NCBI RefSeq assembly: GCF_006345805.1 | Contig: NC_043005.1 | Coordinates: forward strand, 68,944,001 to 69,008,000 | Direction of reading: 5' to 3' | Source: Octopus sinensis | Lineage: Eukaryota | Length of the DNA: 64,000 bases | In this document: one piece after another, positions 26,941-38,881 of the stretch | How positions within the stretch are numbered: the first letter of the stretch is position 1 | Layout: each line of letters opens with the position of its first letter | Notes under the pieces: model-generated | Database searches by the model: none | Told to the model about the DNA's origin: nothing | The model's input: the letters and a program-made list of their open reading frames with translations, nothing else | Position numbers and translations under genes: made by a program

Positions 26941-28042
26941 GGGATTTTCTACACCTATTTTCTTTCCAATTTTTTTTTCAGAAGTATCGTTGCTCAACCT
27001 GTATCTCTCATTTACTAGTCTTTCCCAAACTGTCGTTGATCAATATTTAATTCAGAAGTACGTGAATGTGAACCGAAACACCTACCTCTATAATCATGAC
27101 TCATAATTTTACATTAAACTGATATTTTTATTGCCTAGCACATTCTTATTGAGAAACTAATATTTTATGTTCGAATTATGTTTCTCACTCACGTAAATTA
27201 CTTAAGTAGACTGAACTGAACATTATATAAAATTATGTAATTTACAATTGAAATCTAATGAGTGTAAGAAAACAACATATGGAAATTTTCCCTTACAAAA
27301 CTAGTTATCGGCCGACAGTTGTCTGGAAAATTACATCGTATTGTAAAGTATTCCATATTCATTCCCATTTTATTAATGTCTGGCAATTTGAATTTTGTAT
27401 AGTACTTAATTCCTTCGTTATTCTAAATACTTATTATGTTGGAAATCATTAAAATCTAACCCATGCAAATGGAGGTTATTATACAAAGATTAACTAAGAT
27501 TAATTACTCCGTTTATGTTCGTTGTAAATATGACTTATTCAGATTTAATACGCTTCTATAAACATTTTCATAAATATTTGTTTAATATTTATTGTTTTGT
27601 GTAGTTTTTCCATTTACCAAGAAATGGAAATTGTCTTGTGCTTAATTTCAATTTCCTTTAATATGCTATTTTTTACTTGCTCTATTGTACATTTAGTTCT
27701 TCTTATACTAACCTTATATTCCCAGTGTAAGTAACTTAAATGTATAAACCATCCAATTTCCGCTTCATTTCACAGACGTTTCCTAATATTTAAAACAAAT
27801 ATAGATATTTAATACGTTTCCTTAAGTTTCAATATATCTTTACTTAGCTATTTCACAATATATAAATATCTGTATTTTCCTATACGAGACTCATCGATAA
27901 TGCCTGTCTAGAAGACAATATTTCCTTTTTGTTGACGAAACATTTCAGACAGATTTCGAATTTTGGAATTTCTTATCGTTTATGACAAATATTTTACAAG
28001 CGAATGCAGTTCGTAATTTTTTCTTTTCACAGTAAATTTCAG

Positions 28043-28695
28043 GGATCTTAACCTTCTGACCAACAGATTTAAAAAATAATTGTTTGTAACTTAAACGTTT
28101 TCAAACATCGGACACTGGTAGTATGAATCATATAAAATATATTTTACTCTTAGCATTTTTTGTGTAAAACTTATATTTAGAAGTTATTTCACGTTAAAGT
28201 TGTCCTATTTCGGTAATTTCAACCAATCAATGACGTGTATTCAGCTGAATAAAATTACTGCCGTTCTGTGACAACAACTACCGGCGGTGTAGTTTTCGTT
28301 TGTTACTGTTATTTATGACATCGTTCGTGCATTTGTATTGGTTTTAGTTTTAAGGTTTTAGGATTAGGGTTTTAAGGTTAGGGTGTTAGGTTTTTAGGGT
28401 TAGGGTTAAGGTTTTAGGGTTAGGTTTAGAGTTGTCATAAATAACAGTAACAAACGAAATATACACCGCCGGAAGTTCTTGTTGACAAACAACGGCAGTA
28501 ATTTTATTCAGCTGAAAACACGTCATCGATTGCTTGAAATTACCGAAATTGGCCAAATTTAACGTGACAAAACTTCGTAAATATAAGTTTTTCTCAAAAA
28601 GGCTAAGAGTAAAATATGTAAAATATCTCCGAATTTGAATGTGTTTAGTTACAAAAAATTATTTTTCAAATCTGTCGGTCAAAAGGTAAAGATCC
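28043..28695. mobile_element. Non-autonomous long-TIR DNA transposon (MITE/foldback, Merlin-like) with telomere-like spacer
   Basis: Arms 28043-28320 and 28433-28695 are diverged reverse complements, termini GGATCT...AGATCC. Flanks AATTTCAG (28035-28042) and ATTTTCAG (28696-28703) give an 8-bp TSD at 7/8. Superfamily call is inferred from GG termini plus 8-bp TSD. Confidence 0.8.
28341..28430 (+). repeat. Degenerate (TTAGGG)n-like tract
   Basis: TTAGGG, TTAAGG, TTTAGG and GTTAGG variants in tandem. Confidence 0.85.
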
Positions 28696-29616
28696 ATTTT
28701 CAGAGTATTATACTGACATTTTCAAACAATTTGTCTTGAACTATTTTCATATGATTGAAAGATAACTATCGTTACGGGATCTGTTGAAAACATAATTTCG
28801 GTCCGAAAAACTTAGTTGAGGAATATTTCTGTCTCTACAAAACATTGGAATTGGGTTGCAACTGCTGTCTATAGCTTTTGCTTCATATATTACCTACGTA
28901 TGGTCATTAGCATTTATTTTTTCGCCATGCACCATAGTTTCAGGTACTTTGGATATTAATATATACGTGTAAATAGGAAAACGTTTTGTAAAAATTTGTG
29001 GGAGATAGTTTACTTTTAGTAAAAACGTTATGGGAGATGATATACGATCTAAAGCAAACGGCGAAATCTACACCAGAGACGTTTTTTTATAGCTGCTGTT
29101 CGCCAAATTTCGTACACTATGATGCAGGTCCCAGCTGTATGGAATACAAATAATAGAATAACTTTACAAACTATAAATCAAACAAAAATCTTTAGTTTTT
29201 GAGAACTTTCAGACTTGGTTTCTCAATTAGGATTATTCGGTTTCAGTGTGAAGACACTTGGCGTGTCTGTTGTGCTGGACAAGTGGCTAGCTTTATATAC
29301 TTAACAAGAATTTATTTGTTAGACATGAAACGTCAAGCAGAAGGAAACAAATTTTTATTCTAATTAGAAGGGAGAGGACTTCTTGAAAAAATCGAAACTA
29401 GCGTACTTTACATGAAGTCGAATATTTATTCAAATTTATGAAATCGGCATTTTATCGGTCTTTACTTTCTAAGTTCAAATTCTGCCGAGGTCGACATTAA
29501 TTTTCATCCTTTTAGAGGCGACAAAATATATACCATTTGAGCATTGTGGTTAATGTGATAGACTTACCCTTCCCTTGGAATTGTTTGTGCCAAATTTTCA
29601 AACCAATAAATTTTAA

Positions 29617-29953
29617 GGCAGCGAGCTGGCATATCGTTAGCACGCCGGGCCAAATGCTTAGCGGTATTTTGTCTGCCGCTATGTCCTGAGTTCAAATTCC
29701 ACCGAGGTTGCCTTTGCCTTTCATCCTTTCGGTGTCGATTAAATAAGTACCAGTTACGCACTGGGGTCAATATAATCGACTTAATACGTTTGTCTGTCCT
29801 TGTTTGTCCTCTCTGTGTTTAGTCCCTTGTGGGTAGTAAAGAAATAGAAATAGGTATTTCGTCTGCCATTACGTTCTGAGTTCAAATTCCGCCGAGGTCG
29901 ACTTTGCCTTTCATCCTTTCGGGGTCGATAAATTAAGTACCAGTTACGCACTG
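29617..29953 (+). mobile_element. SINE family B, full unit plus head-less second unit
   Basis: Full copy to about 29847, then GAAATAG-GTATTTCGTCTGCC restarts the element internally and runs to CAGTTACGCACTG. Confidence 0.88.
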
Positions 29954-30495
29954 CTTTTTAATATGCTTATATATATAACGTTCTTTCTAATTGTTGGTGC
30001 TAGCATCACAGAAATATTTTGTTTGGACAAAAAAAAAACATATCAGCATCTTATTAGTGTCTTTGTCTGAGTATCTTCTTCAACCAGTTTGGTTTAACTC
30101 TGATGTCTGGTGGTGACTTGTTTTGATGCCGCATAAGTAGTGATTTTTCTGATTCAGCGGAAATACCTGTCAGTATTTACAAAAATAAAACCTGTCAGTG
30201 TTTGAAGAAATAAAAATTAAAAAAATCTAACAAAAGACGTAAACAAAGATAGTCAAAAACAGAAAACATATCCTTGTCCATTGGTGTCAAAAATGTGGTA
30301 TAACTGCGTCTTCAAATTATCTCCACTTCTTTCACTGACTCTATCAAAATTATTATAACTATTTTGTCTACAAAGTCAAAGAGAAAATATTTTCTATAAA
30401 ATACAAATTTATCTTCGGTGCTCTTGAATATAAAAGTTTTAGTTTTTGATATCGAAACGATACATATCAGTATATATGTGTATATACAATACGTA

Positions 30496-31660
30496 TTATA
30501 TTATTCGGATAGTTCTGAGGGGTATAAATAATTGACCTTGCAATAAATGTTATTCAATGAAATAATTTCCATTATTATAAACGATATTTGCCCATCTATC
30601 AGGTAATTCAAATATTCCATCAGCATTAAACTTGACTGGTTTTGAAGAACAAAAGTTACTTGGATGCATTTTGACTCCGTCTAAATCGGTAACTGCAATG
30701 ATTTTTGAAGAGATAAAAACAAGTGGCAGTTGGATAATGCAATGTCAGGAGAATATGGTGGATGGAGATCCAAGCGAGGTTCATGTAACTTTGTTCAAAT
30801 TTTACCCCGTTCCTGTTGCGCATTACCAGCCTCAGTTCTTTGGTTTTTTGCTTAAAATTAGTTAGCTGACGACAGTTCACATCAGTGAACCACATTAATG
30901 GTCTGGATTTGCAGGTGAAGCTCATAATAATGCATTTATTATCCCACCAAACACAAAGCATAGCTTTTTGGCATGGATATTCGTTTTTCATTTTCGCACT
31001 ACGCTTTCGTACTCAATCCATTTTCATTTCCAAAGTTGTTTCTCAAATGGCATGTACTTATTCCGTTTCAAAAGCACATCACAAATGGAATGCCGGTTCA
31101 AGGAATTCAGTTCTGGGAGTTTGTGTAGGACCCATAGAATATAGCGAGAGATGTATCTCAGCTTCGTTAGGTGTGCATGAGACGTACTTTAGAAACTACC
31201 AACTACTCTGCAAGTTCTCTAGTCATGATGTTTCAGTTTTCTTCGATTGTTTGCTTTCAAGACATCTTCATGCAATTTTGAAGGACTTTCACTGCGACTG
31301 TCATCTTCTAAGCTAAAGTCTCCAGCTTCCAATTGTGCAAACAGTCTTCGAACAGTTGACTTACAACAGCATGATCACCAGAAATTTCACAAATGTTTTT
31401 GCAAGTTTTTGCAACACTTTCCTTCCTTTTTCAAAAAAGTAAGAAAAATGTTTTACGACACAAATAGGAAATTTTTGGTTACCCATTTCAAATGTTGATA
31501 AAAGGTAAGCGGAAGGGAAGATAGGGTTATTTTAAGTCACAAACAGAGAAAACATGCACTACCACTTCAGGTAGCGCAAGCGTTTTACCCGTGTTACCAT
31601 TCATATGTGACCAGTGAAGCGTTAAACGTTTTAGCTTTAAAACGTTTACAGACAATCTAA
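30496..31660 (-). mobile_element. Near full-length degenerate mariner element
   Basis: Pieces of transposase (WVPH-equivalent region, KAMLCVWWDNKCII, IHHILLT = HPPYSPD region, RWANIVYNNGNYFIE* ending at 30550-30552). TIR-like ends TTATATTATTCGGATAG (30496) and CAGACAATCTAA (31660), each flanked by TA. Many stops and frameshifts. Confidence 0.85.
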
Positions 31661-31765
31661 TACATACATACATACATACATACATACATACATACATACA
31701 TACATACATACATACATACATACATACATACATACATACATACATACATACATACATACATACAT
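31661..31765. repeat. (TACA)n microsatellite abutting the mariner TA
   Basis: Direct reading. Confidence 0.95.
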
Positions 31766-33872
31766 CAATATATGTATGAATATATGCATACCGCAGTTTG
31801 ATATAGTAGCATCGAAGTATATAGCAATTATGTAATTATCCATTTAGTGACAGTTATCTTGAACAAAATTCGGGCACATATAAAGTGTAGAATATATGTG
31901 GAACTTATGTCATTCCGCTTATATTTTATTTGTGTATATGGGTAATGGTGTGTATGTGAGTGCATATGTGCATGTGTGTATGTATGTGCGTATGTATATA
32001 ATTTGAAAGAGTAATGACATGGATATTGAGAGTGTGTCAATAACATTTTCTTTATAAATTTTTAGACGATCATTTAGACTATAACTAAAATATTTAACAG
32101 TGGAAGATGAAGAAATGAAAATGAATCTGTGCCAAAATAATATTTGAATGTACCAGTCAAGGTATTGGTACACAGGTACTTTCTTCTAGGTAGTTTACTG
32201 TATGCTTCTACATATATCTTCAAATTCAAAATTTATAGATCACAGTTTAACGAAAATGTCACCGGATAAACATAGTCAAAAACCTTCAACGTATATACTG
32301 CATGCAAAATTAAAAATCAGTTTAAACAATGAATATTATGTTGCAGTTTTGCTTGAGAAATATCCTGGAACTGATCGATAAATATGATATGACTCTTAAG
32401 AAAATTAGGTTTGAAAATATATTGTGAAAAACCAGGTCATATGTCAAATATACATTCGTCTTTCGCTACAAACAGCAATACGAGTTTCAAGTTACATAGT
32501 AAAAATAGTTATAAATAATCCGCGGAAATCCAAAGATAAACATTTCGCATTAAGTAGCCGATGTGTATACGCATAACAAGGAAATACAAGTTCAGTATTT
32601 TATATCAAAATTACTAATGTTCATTGAATTTATAGTAGAAAGATAAGAATAAGAGAAAATCGTGGACAGAATCTCGTGGACAGAAATGGCTTCTTCTAGA
32701 TATTGAATATACAGTGAGACAATATACAGTGAGACAATGTAAGGAGAATTAAAAAGACGAGAGATCTAGTATGTGAAAATATGAAGGCAAAACGCAAAAC
32801 GCCCAATAAATTTGCAATAGGATTGGCTTTAACACTTCATGAAATAGGTCAAAATTTACAGGACCCAAATTAAGAATGTTCGCTCTACGCCGCATGGAAT
32901 TATATCATTTATTATATTCAATAATTGTACATAGACACTCGATGATCATCGCTAACTTCTACATGTAGATGTATCATGATATATTAGTCATTGAGTGAAT
33001 TAACTTTAACTATGCAACACCACCTAGTGGGACCTGCTAATCAGCTTAAAATCGAGTAAGATTTCAGCAGAACTATTTTAAATAGTTACAAACTTCATTC
33101 AAATTAGTAAACTTCCAAAAACGAAAAAAGAATTCGTATTCTGCTATATACATTAGTAATTAAACACAGCAGATATTAAAAATATTTTTCTGGTTAAATT
33201 GGGAAAGGAAGTATATGACTCATTTACGCACATTAAACATTTGATTTTTCACACGTAAAAGTGGTTTCAGAGGTGTCATATATTAAGACACTAGGTATCG
33301 AAATATATGCTAAATTATTTCAATGGAGATGTTTTGGATATCGACTTTGATTCAGCTATCGATAAAGTTTAAGAATTATTATGAGATTAGTGCTTTCAGG
33401 ATTGCTCGATGTAAAAGGTTTTTTTCTTTGTTAACTAACAGTGCACAAAAGGGGAGACTATTTCGACCATATTCCCCCAGAGGTGGCTTTAGTGACATTG
33501 GATCTGTTTACTCTGTTCCTTTAATAAAACTACGATTCAAGCAAAATAGAACTGATCAAAAGTTTTAAGAATCTCACTTTCATTCAACAAATACTTCCCA
33601 ATCTAGATGTACTGGAATATCTTGAGTGTTACCCAAAGTCAAAATCTGAATTGCCAATAGTACAAATGCCTCATTTGATGCATCTAGTACCAATTAGTAT
33701 TCAAGGAGAGGAAAATTGATATAGTAGATTCTTAGGTGAGATTGGAGCAGAAAAAGTCTGTGTTTGCTAAGCAGCGCCTATATGCTAGTAAATATCTGGA
33801 CGATCACTTTATAAGTAAAATACTTAGCTGCGGTACTTCAAAAAATCAAAACGAATTTGCACGAAATTATTC

Positions 33873-35380
33873 GTTAGTTAGTTAGTTAATTTTTTGGCTC
33901 AAAAAGCAAAAAGCAAGGCCATGTAGGGGGACATGGAGTTATGTGCAGGGTGGTGTTCATGTAAAGAGTTCAGGCCACTTGAGGTCAAGGGAGACTTTGA
34001 ACCGAGTGGTCGTCAGCATCTTCACCAAATCGTCTGGCAGCTTATTCCACGGATCCGCAACCCATACGGAGAAAGCCCCTCTCCTTCGATTGAGATGAAA
34101 TCGTCGCAGATAGAGCTTTTCGGAATGACCCCACAGCCGACGCTCTGGAGCAAGAGTGAAGAACAGCTCTTTCGAGAGGTTACACTTTCCGCTCATGATG
34201 TTGTGAGCAAGAATGAGATCTCCACGGCGTCGTCGTTTTTCTAGAGAATAAAGGTCGAGCGTCTTCAGCCTTTCTTCATAAGACAAATTCTTGAGACCAA
34301 GAACCATGCGGGTAGCCAGCTTCTGGACTCTTTCGAGATGCCGTATGTCTTTGAGGAGATAAGGAGAAGAGGCTTGAATCCCGTACTCCAATATGGGTCT
34401 CACCCGCGTGACATAGAGCGGTAGGAATATGGCTGCTGTGATCATTCCGAATGACTGTCGAATCAAGAACAGAATTCCGCGTGCTTTGTTGGCAGCATGG
34501 ACGCACTGGGCCGAAGGCGAAAAGGAGGAATCCACCAAGATACCCTGGTCCTTTACCTGATCGGTCCTCTATAGCAGCAGACGACCCGGCGCCAAATCAA
34601 GTTGAGTTGCAGGAGGAGAGCCAACAGGCAGATGGCAGCACTTTGACACGTTCAGACACAGATCCCATTCGTTAGACCATCTCCAAATTTGGTGGAGGCA
34701 TCGACGAAGATCCTCTATATCACCGCGAGGAGCGACCAGTTTGACATCGTCGGAAAATAGAAGGGTGTGTTGCCTGAGGTCGTCGGGCAAGTTATTTATG
34801 AAGACTAAGAACAATAAGGGCCCAAGCACTGAACCTTGAGGCACACCACTGCTCGCACTGGAGACGTCGGACCGCGAACCATGAAGTTGGACTTGGAAGG
34901 AGCGATCTGAGAGGAAGGCACCACCCCATCGTACAATATCCGAATGTAAACTATATGCTTGAAGCTTGACAAGTGATAGGCGGTGGTTTACCGAGTCAAA
35001 AGCTTTAGCAAAGTCCAATAAAACGATGTCAACAGCATCACTATCATCGAGGATGCACGTCACCAATTCTTCCATTACCAGTAAGTTGGTCAAGCATGAT
35101 ATCTTCGGCACGAAGCCGTGTTGGGAATCAGAGATAGAGGCTGTGTTTTGGAGGTGGAGCATCATACTTTTCTTAAGGATGGTTTCGAGCATCTTGCTGA
35201 TTATTGATGTAAGGGAAACCGGTCGGTAGTTAAGCGGGTCTTCGCGACTCCCTTTCTTGAATATTGGGCAGATTATCGCTGTTCTCCAGTCCGCAGGTAA
35301 AACACCCGTCCCCAATGGCATATTGAATAGACGTGTTAAGGGCTCGCAGATGACCGGAGCCAACGCTTTGATAACCCGTT
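33873..35380 (-). mobile_element. 5'-truncated CR1/L2-like LINE (RT domain and C-terminus)
   Basis: ORFs 34569-35363 and 33957-34538: NYRPVSLTS, QHGF, DFAKAFDSV, SGVPQGSVLGPLLF, FSDD, RPILEYG, LERVQKLATR, WNKLP. One frameshift. (AACT)n tail at the 3' end. Confidence 0.93.
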
Positions 35381-35524
35381 GAATGCAAGAGATAACTTAT
35401 TAGTATACGATGTTTCTGTTGGTTTACTAATGCTATTTTTTCTAAATGCATCTTCAAATTTGGCATTATTGCCAATCTGATTGATATCTAGTGCATATAA
35501 CAAAATTTAATCCATTTATATACA

Positions 35525-35892
35525 GGCGCAGGAGTGGCTGTGTGGTAAGTAGCTTGCTAACCAACCACATGGTTCCGGGTTTAGTCCCACTGCGTGGCAT
35601 ATTGGGCAAGTGTCTTCTGCTATAATGCCTTGTGAGTGGATTTGGTAGACGGAAACTGAAAGAAGCCTGTCGTATATATGTATATATATGTGTTTATGTG
35701 TCTATGTCTGTCCCCCTAGCATTGCTTGACAACCGATGCTGGTGTGTTTACGTCCCCGTCACTTAGCTGTTCGACAAAATAGACCTTAGAATAAGTACTG
35801 GGCTTACAAAGAATAAGTCCCGGGGTTAAGGTGGTGCTCCAGCATGGCCGCAGTCAAATGACTGAAACAAGTAAAAGAGTACAAGAGTAAAA
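35525..35892 (+). mobile_element. SINE family A
   Basis: Colinear with 20241-20630, with small internal deletions. Confidence 0.9.
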
Positions 35893-36430
35893 GTGATTAT
35901 TCATACGGAACTGACACACGTAAGTGCAGTTTTCATATGTATATATATATCAGAAGATTTTATAGTCTGACTGTTTTACAGTTGTACATAATTCTTAACA
36001 CATGACTTCATTGCTTCATGACATAAGGGAAATACTATACTTTCGTATGTGCATCTTCGATTCCGATATATTTCCGTTTCTGTGAGTTGCTTAGAATTCC
36101 AAGGATGGAATTCTACTCTTCACAAATATCCGCAGCCCAAGGAGTAAATATATGGTTTTATTTGAAGTTCAGATTTCAACTGGAATTCTGAAGAATATAC
36201 ATATAAGGGCTATAAATTTCATATCCTGAGAAACAATTTAGATTCAGCGTTCTCTGTTTAGATTCTGTCTTTAGGCGGTGAATACTGGAAAATATCCCCT
36301 GTTATGGGATAATTACCCGGAAGAACAACCGTACCATGTTTCCTATATAATTTTTCCGTATGCTTAAGGGAACTATTAGGTACTTTTTTACATTATTGCA
36401 TCGCAGTTGCCACAGTTGCTACATATATAT

Positions 36431-36630
36431 AAAGTTAATCCAAACAAGAAAACACAGCAACGCGAGGACATGGAACAAATAAAGTATTAATGGACGCTCA
36501 GGAAAGAAGGTAAGAAGGAGGGTTTAACGTTTTGAGCGGAGCTCTTCGTCGGAAACATAGGAGAAGGAAAGATCCCGAGAAGGGAAGACAGAGGAAAAAA
36601 ATCGCTGGCGGTGCTCACGGGGTCACTACA
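36431..36630 (-). mobile_element. TA-flanked 200-bp element with a degenerate minimal HHR (CCGACGA core)
   Basis: Minus 36556-36522: gttt CCGACGA a-gagc-tcc-gctc AAAA(G12 to A) cgtt aaac. Stem I gttt/aaac and palindromic ACGT stem III. Short TA runs at both ends. Confidence 0.55.
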
Positions 36631-36972
36631 TATATTAATGCGTACCCAATGAACGTATTATACGCCAATCTAGAAGTCAGTTCTCTCATGGTTATTACGT
36701 TTGAAAGATCTGGACTAGTCGCGTGTCTTCTTTCTTGACAGATAATCCCAACGAGATCTGTAAGAAATATTAGTTATGAGTTATTACGCTTGTTTAAGAG
36801 AATGGTACAACGCTTATTTAAACGAACTGTAGTAGCTCTCAATTCCCACCGAAGTCTTTCATATAAATTCATTTTTAATTACATATTCTGGAAAGATTCC
36901 ATGATTTCCTAATAATCATGTTCCATGTAAATTGCGTTATATTTCTATTTACCTCTATTTATCTCTCTGCCT

Positions 36973-37029
<57 letters not shown>

Positions 37030-38746
37030 CATACCTAACACTCTCTATGTATGTATATATATATGTATACATACATATATATATACATACATATATATAT
37101 ATATACATGGTTAGATGGAAAATGAACACTTGAACATATACGTTATATTTAGGGTGGTATCTAAACAGTGCATCTTAGAAAAACAAACCCTTATACTATA
37201 AGTTGAGTATTAAGAGAAAACAGGTTTCATAAATGTTCTTATGCATGGTACATTTATATACAAAATTTGTAATCATACAGAGATTCATTAAAAAACATTT
37301 TGAGTTTTCTCTGCATGAGAATTTATCGTATTTATTTGTATATAATGCTGTCCCGACTCCATTTACCAACGTTGGTACCGTTACTACAATGTGGTTGTAA
37401 TTAGTGTTTCGATTAGATTTAGGAAAACATTTATCTAAAGCAGCAAAAATTTTCCATCGATCTTGGTTAAAACATGTGACCCATAAATCGGAGAGAACCA
37501 GAGGATATCCAGATACCTATACTGCTGTTCGGCTTATTTGATGGGGCGGGTAATACAGGATTGGAACAATAGTGTGTCTATAAGTTTTCCTTGGTAGTCA
37601 TTGACGTGACCGATTCCTCCTGGCCTACATTCTCTATTTGAGTGGTCGTAATCGGTGTTAATCATTGCAGTTTACATCTTCGTGGTTAGTATTAAGATGC
37701 ATTTATTCTCTACATCCAGTAGGTGGGTTGTTGGACATTTTTCACATTTGTTATTATTTATGGGATTCATAGGTGCTCTAAATTAGAAGAGTTGGCGTAA
37801 GATACCTTCACGGTTCTCCGATTAAAATTGCTGGATTCCGATTAGATTTAGGAAACTTACAGTTTACATACACTTTATAAGAGACGCTTTTACGCCTAAA
37901 ACATTCTTTAAAATATTAATTAGGCATCTATGAACGAAAATCTCCGTATTTGAATGCAACACATTTCGTCGTCTGCTGTACACGTAAACGTTCATAAATG
38001 AACCATAGGGAAAAGAGAGTTATACATGTATATTAGGAAGAATACTTGCCCTTAAATGCACATAGGGAATGACGACACGTATACAAAAATTACAGCGGAG
38101 GTAGATCATAATTTAGAAGATACTCAAGAAGCACAATAACGCAATATATAACAACCTTCATGATAAACAATTATTAAATATATTAGTAAATTTAGATATT
38201 ATAGAGTATCTAAAATGTTGTTACGTATAAGATGCATTCCTGTAGACTAATTTTACGGGTAGACATAAAAATGTCGCCAGTAAGAAAGTCATTGAAATTC
38301 ATTGTATCGAAGACCAAGTCTTTGGAAAATAAATATTGTTCCGGTGGCCTAAATGGATCCAGTTTTATTTCATAAATGAAAATAAAGTGTGTATAAACCT
38401 TTTGGAGTATATTTGAGTTATGATTTTAGACTATATTTATAATATCAAACATTATAGATGAAATACCTCGAATCATTATTCGCAATATTAACTCCCAAAT
38501 TCGTTAACTGCGAATTCCACTGGAATATCTGCACAATAGTTTCCATTTATATTACTAGACTGACTATAAATTAAATATAGCTAAAATTAGTTTTCATAAT
38601 GTACACCTGAGGAATGTTTCGTCGGTGTTTAATGCATTCAAGTGTTTTACACTAATTTATTTGTATCAACTGGTCTACAAAAAAAAAACAATATAACAAA
38701 GAGGAAGATGACGATTATGATGACGATGATGATGAACATGATAACC

Positions 38747-38817
38747 ATAATAATAATAATTATAAAAACAACAACAATAAAAATAATAATAATAATAACA
38801 ATAATAATAATCATAAC

Positions 38818-38856
<39 letters not shown>

Positions 38857-38881
38857 TAATATTATTATTATTATTATTATT
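38747..38881. repeat. (AAT)n microsatellite flipping to (ATT)n at about 38857
   Basis: Direct reading. Confidence 0.9.

Noticed and set aside
37482-37828. About 28-bp imperfect inverted repeat (37482-37510 and 37801-37828), possible old MITE
   Set aside because: Short and diverged, with no TSD or clear termini.
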